64,000 nt of DNA from Octopus sinensis (Eukaryota): assembly GCF_006345805.1 (NCBI RefSeq), contig NC_042998.1, positions 195,486,001 to 195,550,000 on the forward strand. Direction: 5' to 3'. The position numbers and the translations under genes are program-made. Shown piece by piece: positions 12,916 through 25,761 of this stretch. How positions within the stretch are numbered: position 1 is the stretch's first letter; every line of letters starts with the position of its first letter. Below the pieces are notes generated by a model, which was not told the DNA's origin, searched no databases, and worked only from the letters and a program-made list of their open reading frames with translations.

Positions 12916-13599
12916 TGTTCCGTGCCAGTGAGGCGAGTAAATAGAAACTTCAAAGTAACAAATGATATTACTACATTATAGAAGATATCAATAACTGTTG
13001 CTTAGGCATAACAAACCAATAAGCAAGCCTGATTCTACCTGCTGGAAACGGTGGCTTATTGTCTTTGAAGGAAAAAAAAAAAGACATGAAATAGTGTAAT
13101 ATTAGATATAATGTCTAAAGAGAAAGGTCATGACGGTCATGGTTGAATTGTTTTGATTGTAGGTTCTGCTTGATCAAGGCTATTTCTCTTGTATCAAACA
13201 CTACTAGCTAATGCACTCAAACCATTCACATGTTCAAAAGAATGTCGAATGAAATCAATAAAAATCAATAGATACCTGGATTAGTTCACAATAAAATCGA
13301 TCTTAAGGAATCAAGATTGGGTGTCTGTGTTTGTAGTAGATATGTGTCTGAAATCTAAAAGAAAAAAAGGTGAAAGAAATATTAGATAAATAACATTAAA
13401 AATAAAAAGCAATTTTAATGAATTAATTCCTCAATTAATGTTCATTTTATATCTCAGTTTTCCTTTATTTCAGCAACTTTGATGGGTGCAGAAAGTAAGT
13501 TTAAGTCACAGCTTTATTTGAAGGACAACAGTTATATCAGGTCATTAAGAATAAAATGTCTGATTTTGAAGTGAGAGTTTATTTTACTTTATTTCAACA

Positions 13600-14660
13600 A
13601 AAAGCAATGCAGTTAAAGTATGCACCTAAATTATCAACACAATTTTGCCATTTTATCAATAGCTTATGCCAACAGTGAAGAATTCTGGAGAGCAAGAGGT
13701 GATGAAATCACACAAGGCAGTTTTTCCACCTTCAGATTTGAAGTTTTTTCCTTGCAAAAAGTTGTCTAATGCCTGGAAGACGTGATGGTCAGTTTGTGCA
13801 AGATTTGGTGAATATGGTGGATGACAGAGTTCTTCCAAGTTCAGTTCCTGTAACTTGAATTGCGTTCTTTGTGCAACACGTGGTTGAGCATTGTCTTGCA
13901 AGAGAATTGGCCTGTCTCTATTGACCACCAATCTCAGTTGTTTAATTGTAAGTTCACTCATCATTTCATCCAGTTGATTGATGTATACATCCGCTGTAAT
14001 TGAGTCAACAGGTTTTATGAAGCTGTAGAGGATGACACCAGTGCTGGACCACCTAACAAACACCATTAGCTTTTTTTTGGTGAATATTCTTTTTGGATTG
14101 TGTTTTGGCACTTCATCTCTATCCGACCACCATGCAGAACACTTGCTATTGTTGAAAAGAATTCAATTTTCATCATACATAACAATACAATGCAAAAATG
14201 ATTCAGTTTTATTCCGTGACAGCAAAGAACAGAAAGTTTCAAGATGACGTGTCATTTGATACTCGTTCAGTTCATGTGGTACTCATTTGTCCAGCTTCTT
14301 TACCTTGCTGATTTGTTTCAGATGGTCCAATACAGTTGGAATTGAAACATCAAACTTTGCTGCTCACATGTAGTTTGAGATGTATCCGCTTCCACTACAG
14401 TTTCCAGCTCCTTATCCACCTTGGTCTCAGGTCTACCACAAGACTGATTTTCAAGAGTAAAGTCACCAGACCAGAACTTCTCAAACCATTGACATAAAGT
14501 GTGTTCATTTGCCACATCTTCACCAAATACCTCACTGATATTTCGAGCTGTCTGGGATGCACTGGTTCCTTATTCATTAACAACACAAATTTTTGACCTC
14601 TTCAAGGGTTCACAAAAATTGACTTACAAAAGAAAACTCAATATAATCAGACACCATGAA
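13600..14660 (-). pseudogene. Degenerate mariner (DD34D-type) transposase
   Basis: HTH (QWFEKFWSGDFTLENQSCGRP) and catalytic region (ILLQDNAQP...HPPYSPNLAQTDHHVF). Frameshifted. Confidence 0.9.
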
Positions 14661-15574
14661 TAGCACTTCAAAAAGTGATGATGTAACTCTGTCAAACTTG
14701 GTACATAAGATAATCAGACATTTCATTCTTAATGACTTGATATATATATACATTTTAAATATATATACATGAAATAGTTCAAAGTAACCTTAAAACTATC
14801 CAGACACTGATTTAACCAGGTATAAGTTAAGCTTTAATCAAGAGATGTATAGTACAGCTGTTCTTGGTCACTTTGGATCACATCATTTCATCATTCCGCA
14901 TTCAGTACAACACAACCCCAAATATCTAAATCACTGATTGAAGCATTTTGTTTCAGTTAAAACAACTGGTATTGCCATTCCATAAGCATTGCAATTTTTG
15001 TCTTACAATTATTCAGTCAACAATAAAGCTTGAAGAGTTAATATAGAAATAGAAGACGTTACTGGTTAGCTGTAATCAGAAATTGCTATGTTGTTTATCT
15101 GTGTCTAGAATTTTTACTATTGTGCAAATCATTTGAATTCTTTCATTTTCTCTGTCATTAATTACCAAAGAAAGTGTTATATGATGAAAGCTGATACAGA
15201 TAGTACAGAGTAGTTTCTGGCAGCTAAAGGCATGTAATCAGTCTTATACGGTTTCATCAGCAAATTAACTTGCCTGCAAAGAAATTTTCTTCTAAGAATC
15301 AAGCTTTATGAAATTCTTAATTTCTAAAAATTATTTCCTCTTTTCTTTGGCCTTCATAAACAGTTACTATAAGATTTGTTTTCTTTATTTCATTTAAAGG
15401 GGCAATCTCAATTGACAGTGAATATTCTATGTTTGTCTTTCACTATGTCATACAGACTTTCATTCCTCATCCCTACCAAAATAAAGGGCTTCTTTTAACT
15501 CTTGGATTTTTATAAAGAGATTAAGGTACATTATTTACATTTGATAGATATTTGTCCTCATCTTGTTTGTTGTT

Positions 15575-15620
15575 AACACAATGTTTCAGCTGATATACCC
15601 TCCAGCCTTCATCAGGTGTC
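15575..15620 (-). ncRNA. Minimal type I hammerhead ribozyme motif (left arm, CpG-decayed)
   Basis: GACAC CTGATGA A GGCTG-loop-CAGCT GAAA CA T T GTGTT. Confidence 0.6.
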
Positions 15621-15844
15621 TTGGGGAAATTTCAGACCTGGGTTCTCATTCCTAAAGTATTTTTCAGTGTTATTATAATTCAGGTCACTGCCTGGAATCG
15701 AACTCGGAATCTTGGGGTTAAGAGCGTGGGCTACTAACCAAGATTCTGAGTTTGATTCCAGGCAGTGACCTGAATAATAATAACAATAATAATAATGTTG
15801 AAAAATACCTTAGGAATGAGAACCCAGGTCCAAAATTTCTCCAA

Positions 15845-15890
15845 GACACCTGATGAAGGCTGGAGGGTATATCAGCCAAAACGTTGTGTT
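15845..15890 (+). ncRNA. Minimal type I hammerhead ribozyme motif (right arm; G12 mutated to A)
   Basis: GACAC CTGATGA A GGCTG-loop-CAGCC AAAA CG T T GTGTT. Stem I and stem II pair fully, and ACGT forms a palindromic stem III. Confidence 0.6.
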
Positions 15891-17417
15891 AACAACAAAC
15901 AAGATGAAGACAAATATCTGTCAAATGTAAATAATGTACATAATTCCTCATCTCTTAAATATAGAACAGAGATTAAGGTGTTTGATGTAGATGTAAGTGG
16001 TAGGGTACAGTGATGTGGGCCTGGGCAGAAGTAAAGGGATTGGAAGAGGGCAAACTAAGTAGAACATATGTCAGAGGTGGTTATGTGTGAACAGTGGACA
16101 AAAATTCATGAGTAGTGAACAGTAAAGCTAAGTAAACTTGCTGTATATGATAAAGAGATAAAAAAAAAAAAACCGAGACAGATTTGCTGAATGTGAAACA
16201 CTAAACACAACACAGTTGGAATAGTAAGGTATTTTGTTAGCATATGGCTTCTATGTTATTTTCAAGCTTAGTAGACCTTCTCTAAGCATATCACCGATTA
16301 GCTACATTCAGTGAAATCAAGTATCACAATTCCATTATTAGTCCTGGCAGGAATTCAGTAAAGGTATGAGCTACTCAACAATCTAATTAAAATTACCATC
16401 ATTTCCTGCTCATTAGTCATCAATATTAATTGACCCACTACTTTATGACAATATGGGTCTTGGTACACAAATCCAGTTTATGTCAAGTGACCCCATTCCA
16501 GTGGTTTTCTGTCTTCATTTTCGCTCCAGCTACCATTAAACACAGCTTCTTCACTAACATTAGGAAGACTCTGTAATGCCTTTTGATGTGCAAGAAATGG
16601 CAGATAAATCTCCTTTAAAATACACCTTACTGTCCCAGACAAAAAAATGTGATACTAGATACACCATATCTGAAAAACAAAGACATGATGGTCACAGCAT
16701 GTCCTTTAATCAAAAATCTATTTGATCGGAGTTGATATGGAGAATAAACAGCTTCATAAACCCAAATCACAGGTTCTTACCAAATATAACAAATCAATGC
16801 ACTTTTCTTCTCCACTCCCTCACAACTTCTTTAACACACATGACCAATTTTGTACATGAATTCAGCTGTAATGAAAATGACTATTCAATTGGTATCTACC
16901 ACTGAGCTGTATGAAATCTCATAATCTAATATATTAAGTGATCAAATTAACAAGTAAGAGAATCCTATTAAATTAAGCCAGATCACAATTCTACAACCTT
17001 GACAAGTGGAAAATAATCCAGTTGAATTAGCCAAGGTTGCTCTTTATGTACTTTTAACCAGGAAGAACAAACACCAACCAGAAGACAGAAACACAATTTT
17101 AGAACAAAACTAACAAGATTGACTTCACAATTTAAACAGTGGGATTACCATAGGAGAAGAAATGAAGTAGGAAATAAGCAAGGACAAGTCAACAGTTTAT
17201 ATTTATTGTGCCTTAGCTATGCACAAGTTTTGTAAAATGGAAGAATGTTGTGATTTGAGAGAGATTTGACCTATTTCTAGCATGTCAAGCTATCATGTAA
17301 AGCAGGCATGAGTAACCATTTTCAACTTCAAACAAGCTGCATAAAAAAAAAAAAAAAGATTCCAGGTAATTTTCTGATTGGCATGCCATTCAGGAAGTCT
17401 CCCAAGCTGCAGTTTAC

Positions 17418-17500
17418 CCATGACTGACAGAGAGGCTCTTTCAATGGCTTGAGACTTAAGACGCCAGACTCAAAAGTTTGTGAGTTCAAATTCTCTAACT
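17418..17500 (-). CDS. Candidate internal exon (x-LENLNSQTFESGVLSLKPLKEPLCQSW)
   Basis: Acceptor GTCTTGTTCAG|AG (phase 1) and donor TGG|GTAAAC (phase 0), which joins in frame to 10601. An alternative acceptor at 17545 is closed in all frames. Confidence 0.3.
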
Positions 17501-17699
17501 CTGAACAAGACGTAATTCGGCACACATTAGTTTACAGTATCCGGCCTGAATGAAGAAAATAATTTGAATGGTCCAGCATCCTCTCCAAAAGAAAAGCTTG
17601 TCTCTAAAACAATGGTACAAAAAAATCTGGAAAGAAATATATACACAAATAGTAGCTTTATTCATGTAGTTCGCAGAATTCTGATATTTATATAATATA

Positions 17700-17858
17700 T
17701 ACTACACTCTCGGAGTGGTTGGCGTTAGGAAGGGCATTCAGCTGTAGAAACTCTGCCAAATCAAGATTGGGGCCTGGTGCAACCATCTGGTTCGCCAGCC
17801 CTCAGTCAAAATCATCCAAACCATGCTAGCATGGAAAGCGGACGTTAAACGATGATGA
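17700..17858 (+). mobile_element. Family B repeat (short)
   Basis: Terminal ~150 bp with (GAT)n. Confidence 0.8.
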
Positions 17859-18438
17859 TATATATATATGTAATCAAGGAAGACTTAGCCACTGTATTAA
17901 TGGATTAAGGTGCTTACGTTGGCTCTCATATTTCCTTGACATTTCTGATGTAGGTTATCATAACATTTCTAGCATACACAAGCTATCATATAATGACGTC
18001 TGATTTTAAGAATTAATCAGCAAGTGAAATAATGATGATAAGTAAGCTGCCAATAAAGAAGGTATAAGAGGTTATTTAAGAAATTACTTTTCCCTATTCC
18101 TCACTCACTATCTGCTCCATATTCTCCGAGGGAGTGTTATGCACAGTGAGATCTGAACAAAGGCTAAGAAACATACTAACTTTAAGGAAAACTCTAAACA
18201 TTTCACTTCTGTTTACAAATCATAATTATAAAAATCACCCAACTACTCAATAACCTTGGTGATATATACTAACTATTTTAATTAACTGTTATTTGTAAAC
18301 AATATCGTTTCATTTACAAGTAAACATTTTATTTACAACAGTTTCACTCATTTATTAATAAGTGGTACAAAAAAATCTACACATATTAAGAACCCATGAC
18401 ATATGAAATATTCATTGATAAATAACTGACCCTATTAA

Positions 18439-18656
18439 CCCTTTCGTTACCAACCCGGCTGAAACTGGCTCTGGCTCTTTAGTACAGATGTCTTGTTTTC
18501 ATAAGTTTTGAATTAAAATCTTCCACCAAACCTTAGTCACAATTTATGTTCCTATCACAAGCTTAATGATAAAGTTATTTTACTAAATTCTTTGTTATAT
18601 TTAAAATAATTGAAAGAAACACAGAGCATCTCAAAATAAGTACAGTAACGAAAGGG
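18439..18656. mobile_element. piggyBac-type MITE
   Basis: TTAA|CCCTTTCGTTAC ... GTAACGAAAGGG|TTAA, giving TIRs and a TTAA TSD. Second copy at 57650-57870. Confidence 0.85.
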
Positions 18657-18909
18657 TTAAGTGGCTGAGTGGTTAAGAAGTTTCTTGTCAACCACATGGT
18701 TTTGAGTTCAGTCCCACTGCATGACACCTTCAGCGAGAGTCCCCTACTACAGACCCAAGTCAACAAAAGCTTTTTCAGTGGATTTGGTAGACTGAAACTG
18801 AAAGAAGCCACTGTGTGTCTGCCATGAGTGTTTTTCACCACCAGAGGGACCAGTCTCTGCAGCAGAAGTGTTAAGATTGGTCCCTCTGATGGTGAAAAGT
18901 ATTGTGGCA

Positions 18910-19108
18910 GGGTCGTGTAGAAGTGTCCATGCGGTGCCACATAAAAGCACCCAGCACACTCTGAAGTGGCTGGCATTAGGAAGGACATCCAGCCAGAGAA
19001 ACCACGCCAAATCAGACTGGAGTCCGGTGCAGCACCCCAGCTTGCCAGGTCTGGTCAAACCATCCAACCCATGCCAGCATGGACAATGGATGTTAAATGA
19101 TGATGATG
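18910..19108 (+). mobile_element. Family B repeat, diverged
   Basis: Same core and (GAT)n tail. Confidence 0.7.
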
Positions 19109-19312
19109 TTAATATATATAGATATATGAACATGTGGTGTGCCTTCTTGCCTTGACACCACATGATAGCCATAAACAAGTGTCTGTCATAGGCACGGTGT
19201 CATTCATTTCTAATATTCTGAGTCTAATGAGTGAAACAAATAAAAGACAAATAAGCATTACATTTGACAGTAACTTGAATTCTAAAGGGTTTAATAAGTT
19301 CCTACATGTACC

Positions 19313-20045
19313 TTGAGAGAAAAGTTGGACCTAAGAAGCATCAGTTGTAATGTGCAAGAGAGACGATTGCGCTGGTATGGTCATGTGGCGAGAATGGATA
19401 AAGATAGTTGTGTGAAAAAGTGCCACACCCTAGCGGTTAAGAGAACCTGTGGAAGAGGTAGACCCAGGAAAACCTGGGATGAGGTGGTGAAGCACAACCT
19501 TCGAACATTAGATCTCACCGAGGCAATGACTAGTGACCGAGACCTTTGGAAGTATGCTGTACATGAGAAGACCCAGCAGGACAAGTGAGACCCTAACCCA
19601 TGGCCTCTACCTGGGATGTAGCCAGCCCACTTATGTATACCTTTCCTTCTTGGGACACAAAACTCTGCTTGCGAAGACCTGTTGAGGCAAGTGAAATCGG
19701 AATCGAAATCGCTCAAAAATCAATGGAAATTGTAGTTGTGATGCCAGTGCCGGTGGCACGTAAAAGAACCATCTGAACGTGGCCGTTGCCAGCGCCGCCC
19801 CGACTGGCCTCCGTGACGGTAGCATGTAAAAAGCACCAACCGATCGTGGCCGTTGCCAGCCTCACCTGGCACAAAAAAGGCACCCACTACACTCACAGAG
19901 TGGTTGGTGTTAGGAAGGGCATCCAGCTGTAGAAACACTGCCAGATCAGACTGGAGCCTGGTGCAGCCTTCTGGCTTCCCAGACCCCGGTCGAACCGTCC
20001 AACCGTTGCTAGCATGGAAAGCGGACGTTAAACGATGATGATGAT
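19313..20045 (+). mobile_element. RTE LINE 3' end: ORF2 C-terminus plus long 3' UTR equal to family B
   Basis: RRLRWYGHVARM...GRGRPRKTW...DRDLWKYAV* runs directly into the family B body and (GAT)n tail. Confidence 0.85.
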
Positions 20046-20880
20046 GTAACAGTTGCTGAACTAAGCAATGAGAAAAAAAAACACTTGCCAATTTACAGTG
20101 CTACTACAGCTTACAGCAGGAGAAAACCAAAACCAAAGTGAAATGAAATTAATGTATTGTCTATTGCTGGGTATATTAAGCAGTTTGGGAATTAAGTAAC
20201 CTAACTATACACACACCGCAGTACTGTTAACAGTATACCAGACTCTCACCTCCATTATCTACAAAATAAAGTTTTAGACCCTGCCTTCCACTCTGTCTCC
20301 TTTAATGAGAAGGCAAAATAAGAGTTTGCATTAACGTCATTTTGTTTTCACCACGGTGCTAAACAAGTTTAAAAAGTTTAAAAGCATCTAATTTAAGTAA
20401 ACAGCAATTTGCCCACCTACTTTTCATTATTCCTCACCACCTCTTACTGAGAACCAATGGACTAGGCCATGTTATGAGTGAGTGAAAGGAGGCAGACAGA
20501 ATCAGAGAGATAGATAAATTTAGAAAATTAAAAAGTGTAAAGAATTCTTTGCTGGTTACTATTTCAACTCAAGTGTGCCAACGTCCTCAATGTGTGAACA
20601 GAATTCTAAGTTACAGCAAAATACTATCAAGTTTAATTACAAGGTTTTAGAATAAGAACTGAAGAGCTGAATAAAATTTTTCATGAATAACACTCTTGCC
20701 TAGACAAAGTGAAAAGGGAACTCACAGTAGAATCTTGTATGTGGAAAGTGAAAAAGTCACAATAATATGAATTTTAGTCCCTTTTTTTTTTGACTGACCT
20801 CATAAGATGTGATGTCCAGTGATTTGTCCTAAATACTAGAGATAGTTCACAAAGCCAAACCTTTCATTAGAGAATATTCC

Positions 20881-21405
20881 ACAGTGTCTGTGGGACCGAA
20901 GGGAGATCTCATTGGTGACCAAAGGGCGAATATATCAGGCCGTCATTCATACAGTACTTCTTTATGGCTGTGAAACGTGGCCTATGCGGGTGGTCGATCA
21001 ATGAAGGATGGAAGTCTTCGACAATAACTGCCTCCGGTGCATTCTTCGCTGCCATCGGGTGAATCGAGTTCCCACCGCCAATCTCCAACTTCGCCTGTCT
21101 CTGCGGCCCCTTCCATCTGTCCTTCAGCAATGGCTATTGCGGTGGTTTGGCCATGCATGTAGGCGTCCGGTGAGTGAACTGAGCCGTGATATCCTTCCCC
21201 CAACTGGCAGAAACGCGTGGACAGGCAACTGATGACCTGGGTTACGACGATCAAAGAAGACCTCTCCGAGCTCACGGCTCGCTATCTCCAGTCAACTGGC
21301 GCAGGACCGTCATGCGTGGGCTGCCATGGTTCGAGATGCCTCGAGGGTGGTAGAAGAAGCAGACTCAACTCGCCCAGGGTGAATGTCACAACAAGTACAA
21401 GTAAG
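20881..21405 (+). mobile_element. 5'-truncated RTE LINE with (CAAGTA)n tail
   Basis: VLLYGCETWP...LRWFGHACRRP...TWVTTIKEDL. 14-bp TSD TTAGAGAATATTCC at 20867-20880 and 21406-21419. Confidence 0.85.
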
Positions 21406-22879
21406 TTAGAGAATATTCCTACAAAATGGTTGGCATTAGGAAGGGTACACAGTCATAGAATACCAAAGCAGACATTGAAGCATGACGTCTTCTAACCTGT
21501 TGAACTGTCTAACCACACGCAATTTTGAATTTATGATTTACACCCGCATTCCTCTATATTCCAACCTCAACGTTTGGATAATCAATAGTCATCAAACAGC
21601 TTTCACTGTATAGTCATGAAACTACTGATGAGGGGAAATGTCTGAATTCCTCATATAACTACGCATTAAAACAACTTCCACTAACTTCTACACAACGAAA
21701 CAAAATATACTAAAAATAAAAGAACAGCTGGACATGACATATGACAGGTACAGCTTCTTACTGCAGAATGCTTCAACCACCACAATTTCTGTCACATGTA
21801 AACACCAAAACACACAACAATATCCACTAAAGATACTTTATCCCTTGTTTGGTCCAGACAAAAATAAGGAGTATATAGTCAATAAGAGCTACAGCATCGT
21901 ATGTCTCACTGGTCAATAAATACTGTACTGGGATCATATCCAACAATAAGTGTACACAAGCAGCAACTGTTGGGCTTTGAGTTCACCTTGCTTGCCTCTG
22001 CTGTGGCCCACATCAGAATCTATGGACGTATAGAGATAGAACAATGGAAAGAGAGTAACATATGCAGAGTGTCACACTATACCTCCCATATGAAATAATT
22101 ACTGCAAGTCAGAGTGTGCATTATGGTCCTCAACCAAACTAAGATAGAGCATAGCTGAGGAGATGCAATTGGCACTTGGTAGATTCTCGTAACTCACTTT
22201 CATTAACAACATGTTTATCTTAATTTCTCTGTCCTTCAGTTAGCTTCATCACATGGTGATTATATGGATGGGTTTGTTATGTAGGACAACAAGTTCACAC
22301 ATCTTAAAAGAAATTCTTAAACAATCCACGCCAGAACTAAAGAGAAACTCATGTAACAGTGGGCACAATACTATAGGATACCTCGCAGTTGTTTAGCACT
22401 GACCAAAGGAACATACGATGAAAGATATTCCATCACCCCACTCACCAGCAATAGTGTACTTCCACTGCCCCCGTGCAACATCACTCGGTGTCTTTCTTTA
22501 AGGATATAGTTTGAATGAGATTTGGCAGCTATTTCTAGCAGCCCAGAGTTTTATGATGTTTGGAGAGGAGGAGTGTACAAATTTCAGTCACAGATAACTT
22601 AACGAACGATTTGTGAAGTTTCGGCGAGGCACATCATATAACAGTCAGTATCCTTATTGCTAATCTCATATGGTGGAGGTAAAGGTCATGGGCCGCACTC
22701 CCTTTCGGGTAGATTTTTTCAACTAAAAGGCGGTGCTCCATCATGGTCACAATCAAAATGACTAAAACTATATATATATCATGTACACGATATTTTATGT
22801 GAATAATATATAGTCTATTGACTAATTTCTTTGCGCTAGGCCACTGGTAATAAAAATTTCTATAATTCTTATTACCCTA

Positions 22880-23440
22880 ATATTACTTGCTGTGCTTGTG
22901 AAGACCCGGCAAGCCAAATGAGACCATAACATGTGGCCCATGCCAGGAGCGTAACCAGCCCGCTTATGCATACCTTTTCCTTCCTTGGACACTAAACTCT
23001 GCTTGTGAAGACCTGTTGAGGCAAGCGAAATCAAAATCACATTTGATAACTGGCATCCGTACTAGCGGGGTGCAAAGAGCACCATTTGAGTGTGATCGTT
23101 GACAGAGCGGCTAACCGGCTTCCATGCCAGTGGCACATAAAAGGGCACCATTCGAGCATGATTGTTACCAACGTCGCCTTACTGGCACCTGTGCCGGTGG
23201 CATGTGTAAAAAGATTCAAGCAAGGTCGTTGCAAGTACTGCCTGACTGGCCCCCCTGCCGGTGGCGCGTAAAAAGCACCCATTACACTCTCGGAGTGGTT
23301 GGCATTAGGTAGGGCATCCAGCTGTAGAAACTCTGCCAAATCAAGATTGGAGCCTGGTGCAGCCATCTGGTTTGCCAGCCCTCAGTCAAAATCGTCCATT
23401 CCATGCTAGCATGGAAAGCGGAGGTTAAATGATGATGATA
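22880..23440 (+). mobile_element. RTE 3' UTR / family B long copy
   Basis: GAAGACCCGGCAAGCC...GAAGACCTGTTGAGGCAAG...family B tail. Confidence 0.8.
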
Positions 23441-23445
23441 TATAT

Positions 23446-24015
23446 ATAAAATTATAGAATTTTTGTGTAAGTTTACCGATAATGGTTCTTTTAACATACC
23501 GAACTACTTAGTAAAATTACTAATTATTAATTAATTTTACCCTTTATTATTATTGATAATATAATTCTCTCTCTGATAGTAAACTGCAGTTTTCTGCGGA
23601 ATTTTACTCGTTGGCACACGTGGGTGAGTGAGGAAGAATAAGAAATCTCATTCGTCTGTTTGAATTCGGAAGTACTGGTCGTTGGATACACGTAGTCTGA
23701 TGTCGCTTGGTCAGATAAGTATGTTAATTTTCAGTGCTCTCAAATTTAAAATCTTGAATTACTGTACTGAAGAGGAGAATGAGAGAGTAGAAATAGGATT
23801 TTACATTTTTCACATCTCTCTAACTCTGAAACGCATATACAATTAATCAAAGCCCGGTGGATTCGTTATTTTTTTCTCTTTACCTGCGTGAATTGTTGAG
23901 TATTGCTGTCTGGGAAATAGTAGTTTAACTGCTATTTCTAAATTTCGGTATGTGGTGAAGCAAATTTTGCTGAACACTAATTATAATTATACTCATAATT
24001 ATAGAATTTTTGTAT
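23446..24015. repeat. Diverged copy of the ~550-bp unit at 3225-3775 (opposite strand)
   Basis: Shared blocks CACGTGGGTG, ATCTCATTCGT and GAAATAG..CTGCTATTTC. AATTATAGAATTTTTGT is repeated at both ends. Confidence 0.5.
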
Positions 24016-24036
24016 ATATATATATATGTGTGTGTC

Positions 24037-24320
24037 ATGACTGCTCGTGGGATTGCACCTAGAAAGTTACCATACCAGGCACAAGTCTGGGCAAGGTTGT
24101 TTATGGAAGACCAGCAGTCGCCCATGCATACCAGCCTCCCCTCTCTACGCCACCAGTGTTATCCAAGGGAAAGGCAAGGGCCAATACAGCTTGGCACCTG
24201 TGACATCGCAACTCATTTCTACAGCTGAGTGAACCGGAGCAACGTGAAATAAAGTGTCTTACTCAAGAACACAACATGCAGCCCAGTCCGGGATTCGAAC
24301 TCACAACCTCACAATTGTAA
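24037..24320 (-). mobile_element. tRNA-headed SINE, family D
   Basis: B-box GAGTTCGAATCCC, CTTGAGTAAGACACTTTATTTCACG...CACTCAGCTGTAGAAATGAG body. Confidence 0.75.
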
Positions 24321-24623
24321 CCACAAGATGGCGGAGGTGACATGGACTGTACCCCCTTTCAGTTGTTTTTGGGGCGGTTTTTTCTTCAGAAACCCACTTT
24401 TTCAACTGCAGAGATTCCGAATCTGTGAAAACAATTCGGCATTTCAAAATTTTGACTGCGGCCATGCTGGAGCACCACCTTAAGCCAAACACATCGACCT
24501 CAGGACTTATTCTTTGTAAGCTTAGTACTTATTCCATTGTTCTCTTATGCCAAAGCGCATATTTATGGGGGCGTAAAAACACCAAGATGGAGGAGGGACA
24601 AACAGACACAAACACACAAATAT

Positions 24624-24667
<44 letters not shown>

Positions 24668-24670
<3 letters not shown>

Positions 24671-25140
24671 GAGGCGCAGAGGCCCAGTGGGTAGGGCAGC
24701 AAACTCGCAGTCGTGAGTGTTTATTGAGCGAAAACACCTAAAGCTCCACGAGGCTCCGTCAGGGGGGGGGGTGATCCCTGTTGTACTCTTTCACCGCAAC
24801 TTTCTCTCACTCTTTCTTCCTGTTTCTGTTGTACCTGTATTTCAAAGGGCCATCCTTGTCACACTCTGTGTCACACTGAATCTTCCCCGAGAACTACGTT
24901 AAGGGTACATGTGTCTGTGGAGTGCTCAGCCACTTGCACGTTAATAAATGAGCTGCGACGTCACTGGTGCCAAACTGTATCGGCCCCTTTGCCTTTCCCT
25001 TGGATAACATCGGTGGTGTGGAGAGGGGAGGCTGGTATGCGTGGGCGACTGCTGGTCTTCCATAAACAACCTTGCCCCGACTTGTGCCTCGGAGGGTAAC
25101 TTTCTAGGTGCTATCCCATGGTCATTCATGACCGAAGTGG
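24668..25140 (+). mobile_element. Family C SINE 5' part fused to family D 3' part
   Basis: 24668-24945 matches 39946-40250, and 24945-25140 matches the reverse complement of 24037-24230. Confidence 0.7.
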
Positions 25141-25667
25141 GTCACAATATATATACGACAGGCTTCTTTCAATTTCCATCTAACAAATCCACTCACAAGG
25201 CTTTGGTCAGCCCACGCAGTGGAACTGAACCTGGAACCATGCAGTTGGGAAGCAAGCTTCTTGCCACACAGCCACGCCTGCGCCTATAAAATTTTTGACA
25301 ATCTATTTTTAAATCTCAAAATAATTGTAGAAAACGAGAACGGAAAAGTTACGCACAATTTTGCGCGGCATGAGAAAAAATAGCAGCTATGGTTTTGTGT
25401 GGTTGGGAATGTTGTGTGTGAAATTACTTCAAAAAAGTCATAGACAGTTATATTATGTGTTCTCTTTTATTGTTTAACCTAAAATAACCCGATGAAGGAT
25501 GTTGAACTCGAAAACTTCAAAGTAACGCACAGGTTCGCGCAAAGGCGCGGCGTACAAAAAAACGAAAAAGAAAGAAGTCACAGCCAGTCACGTACTTCGA
25601 GTAGGAAATCCGCCTTTTTTTTTTTTTTACCTCTCTCTCTCCCCACTATTGTTTGACCCAAAATTAC

Positions 25668-25761
25668 CTGCTGAAGCAAGCCGATGACAAAGGCCTTGTT
25701 TAAAACAGCTACCAAAGCCAGGGGCCTTAATAAATAAGGATACACTGAACAGTAATAAACT
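25668..25761 (-). other. Candidate 5' exon of gene 1
   Basis: Acceptor CGTTTCTTTGCATGTCAG|AG, donor CAG|GTAATT, 94 nt, open frame SLLLFSVSLFIKAPGFGSCFKQGLCHRLASA. Lies in a CpG-retaining region. Confidence 0.25.

Larger units (their letters stand above)
15517..15955. mobile_element. Fold-back dimer of a tRNA-headed short element that carries a hammerhead motif
   Basis: The ~200-bp arms are reverse complements around ~15717-15738. The head has TGGTTAG, CTCTTAA (anticodon-loop-like, CTT) and GAGTTCGATTC (B box). Confidence 0.8.

Noticed and set aside
25485-25540. Hammerhead-like CCGATGAAGGA...TCGAAAAC; also CTGATGA hits at ~27857, ~45683 and ~56708
   Set aside because: Core substitutions or missing stem I/II/III pairing and no valid NUH site, so compatible with chance.
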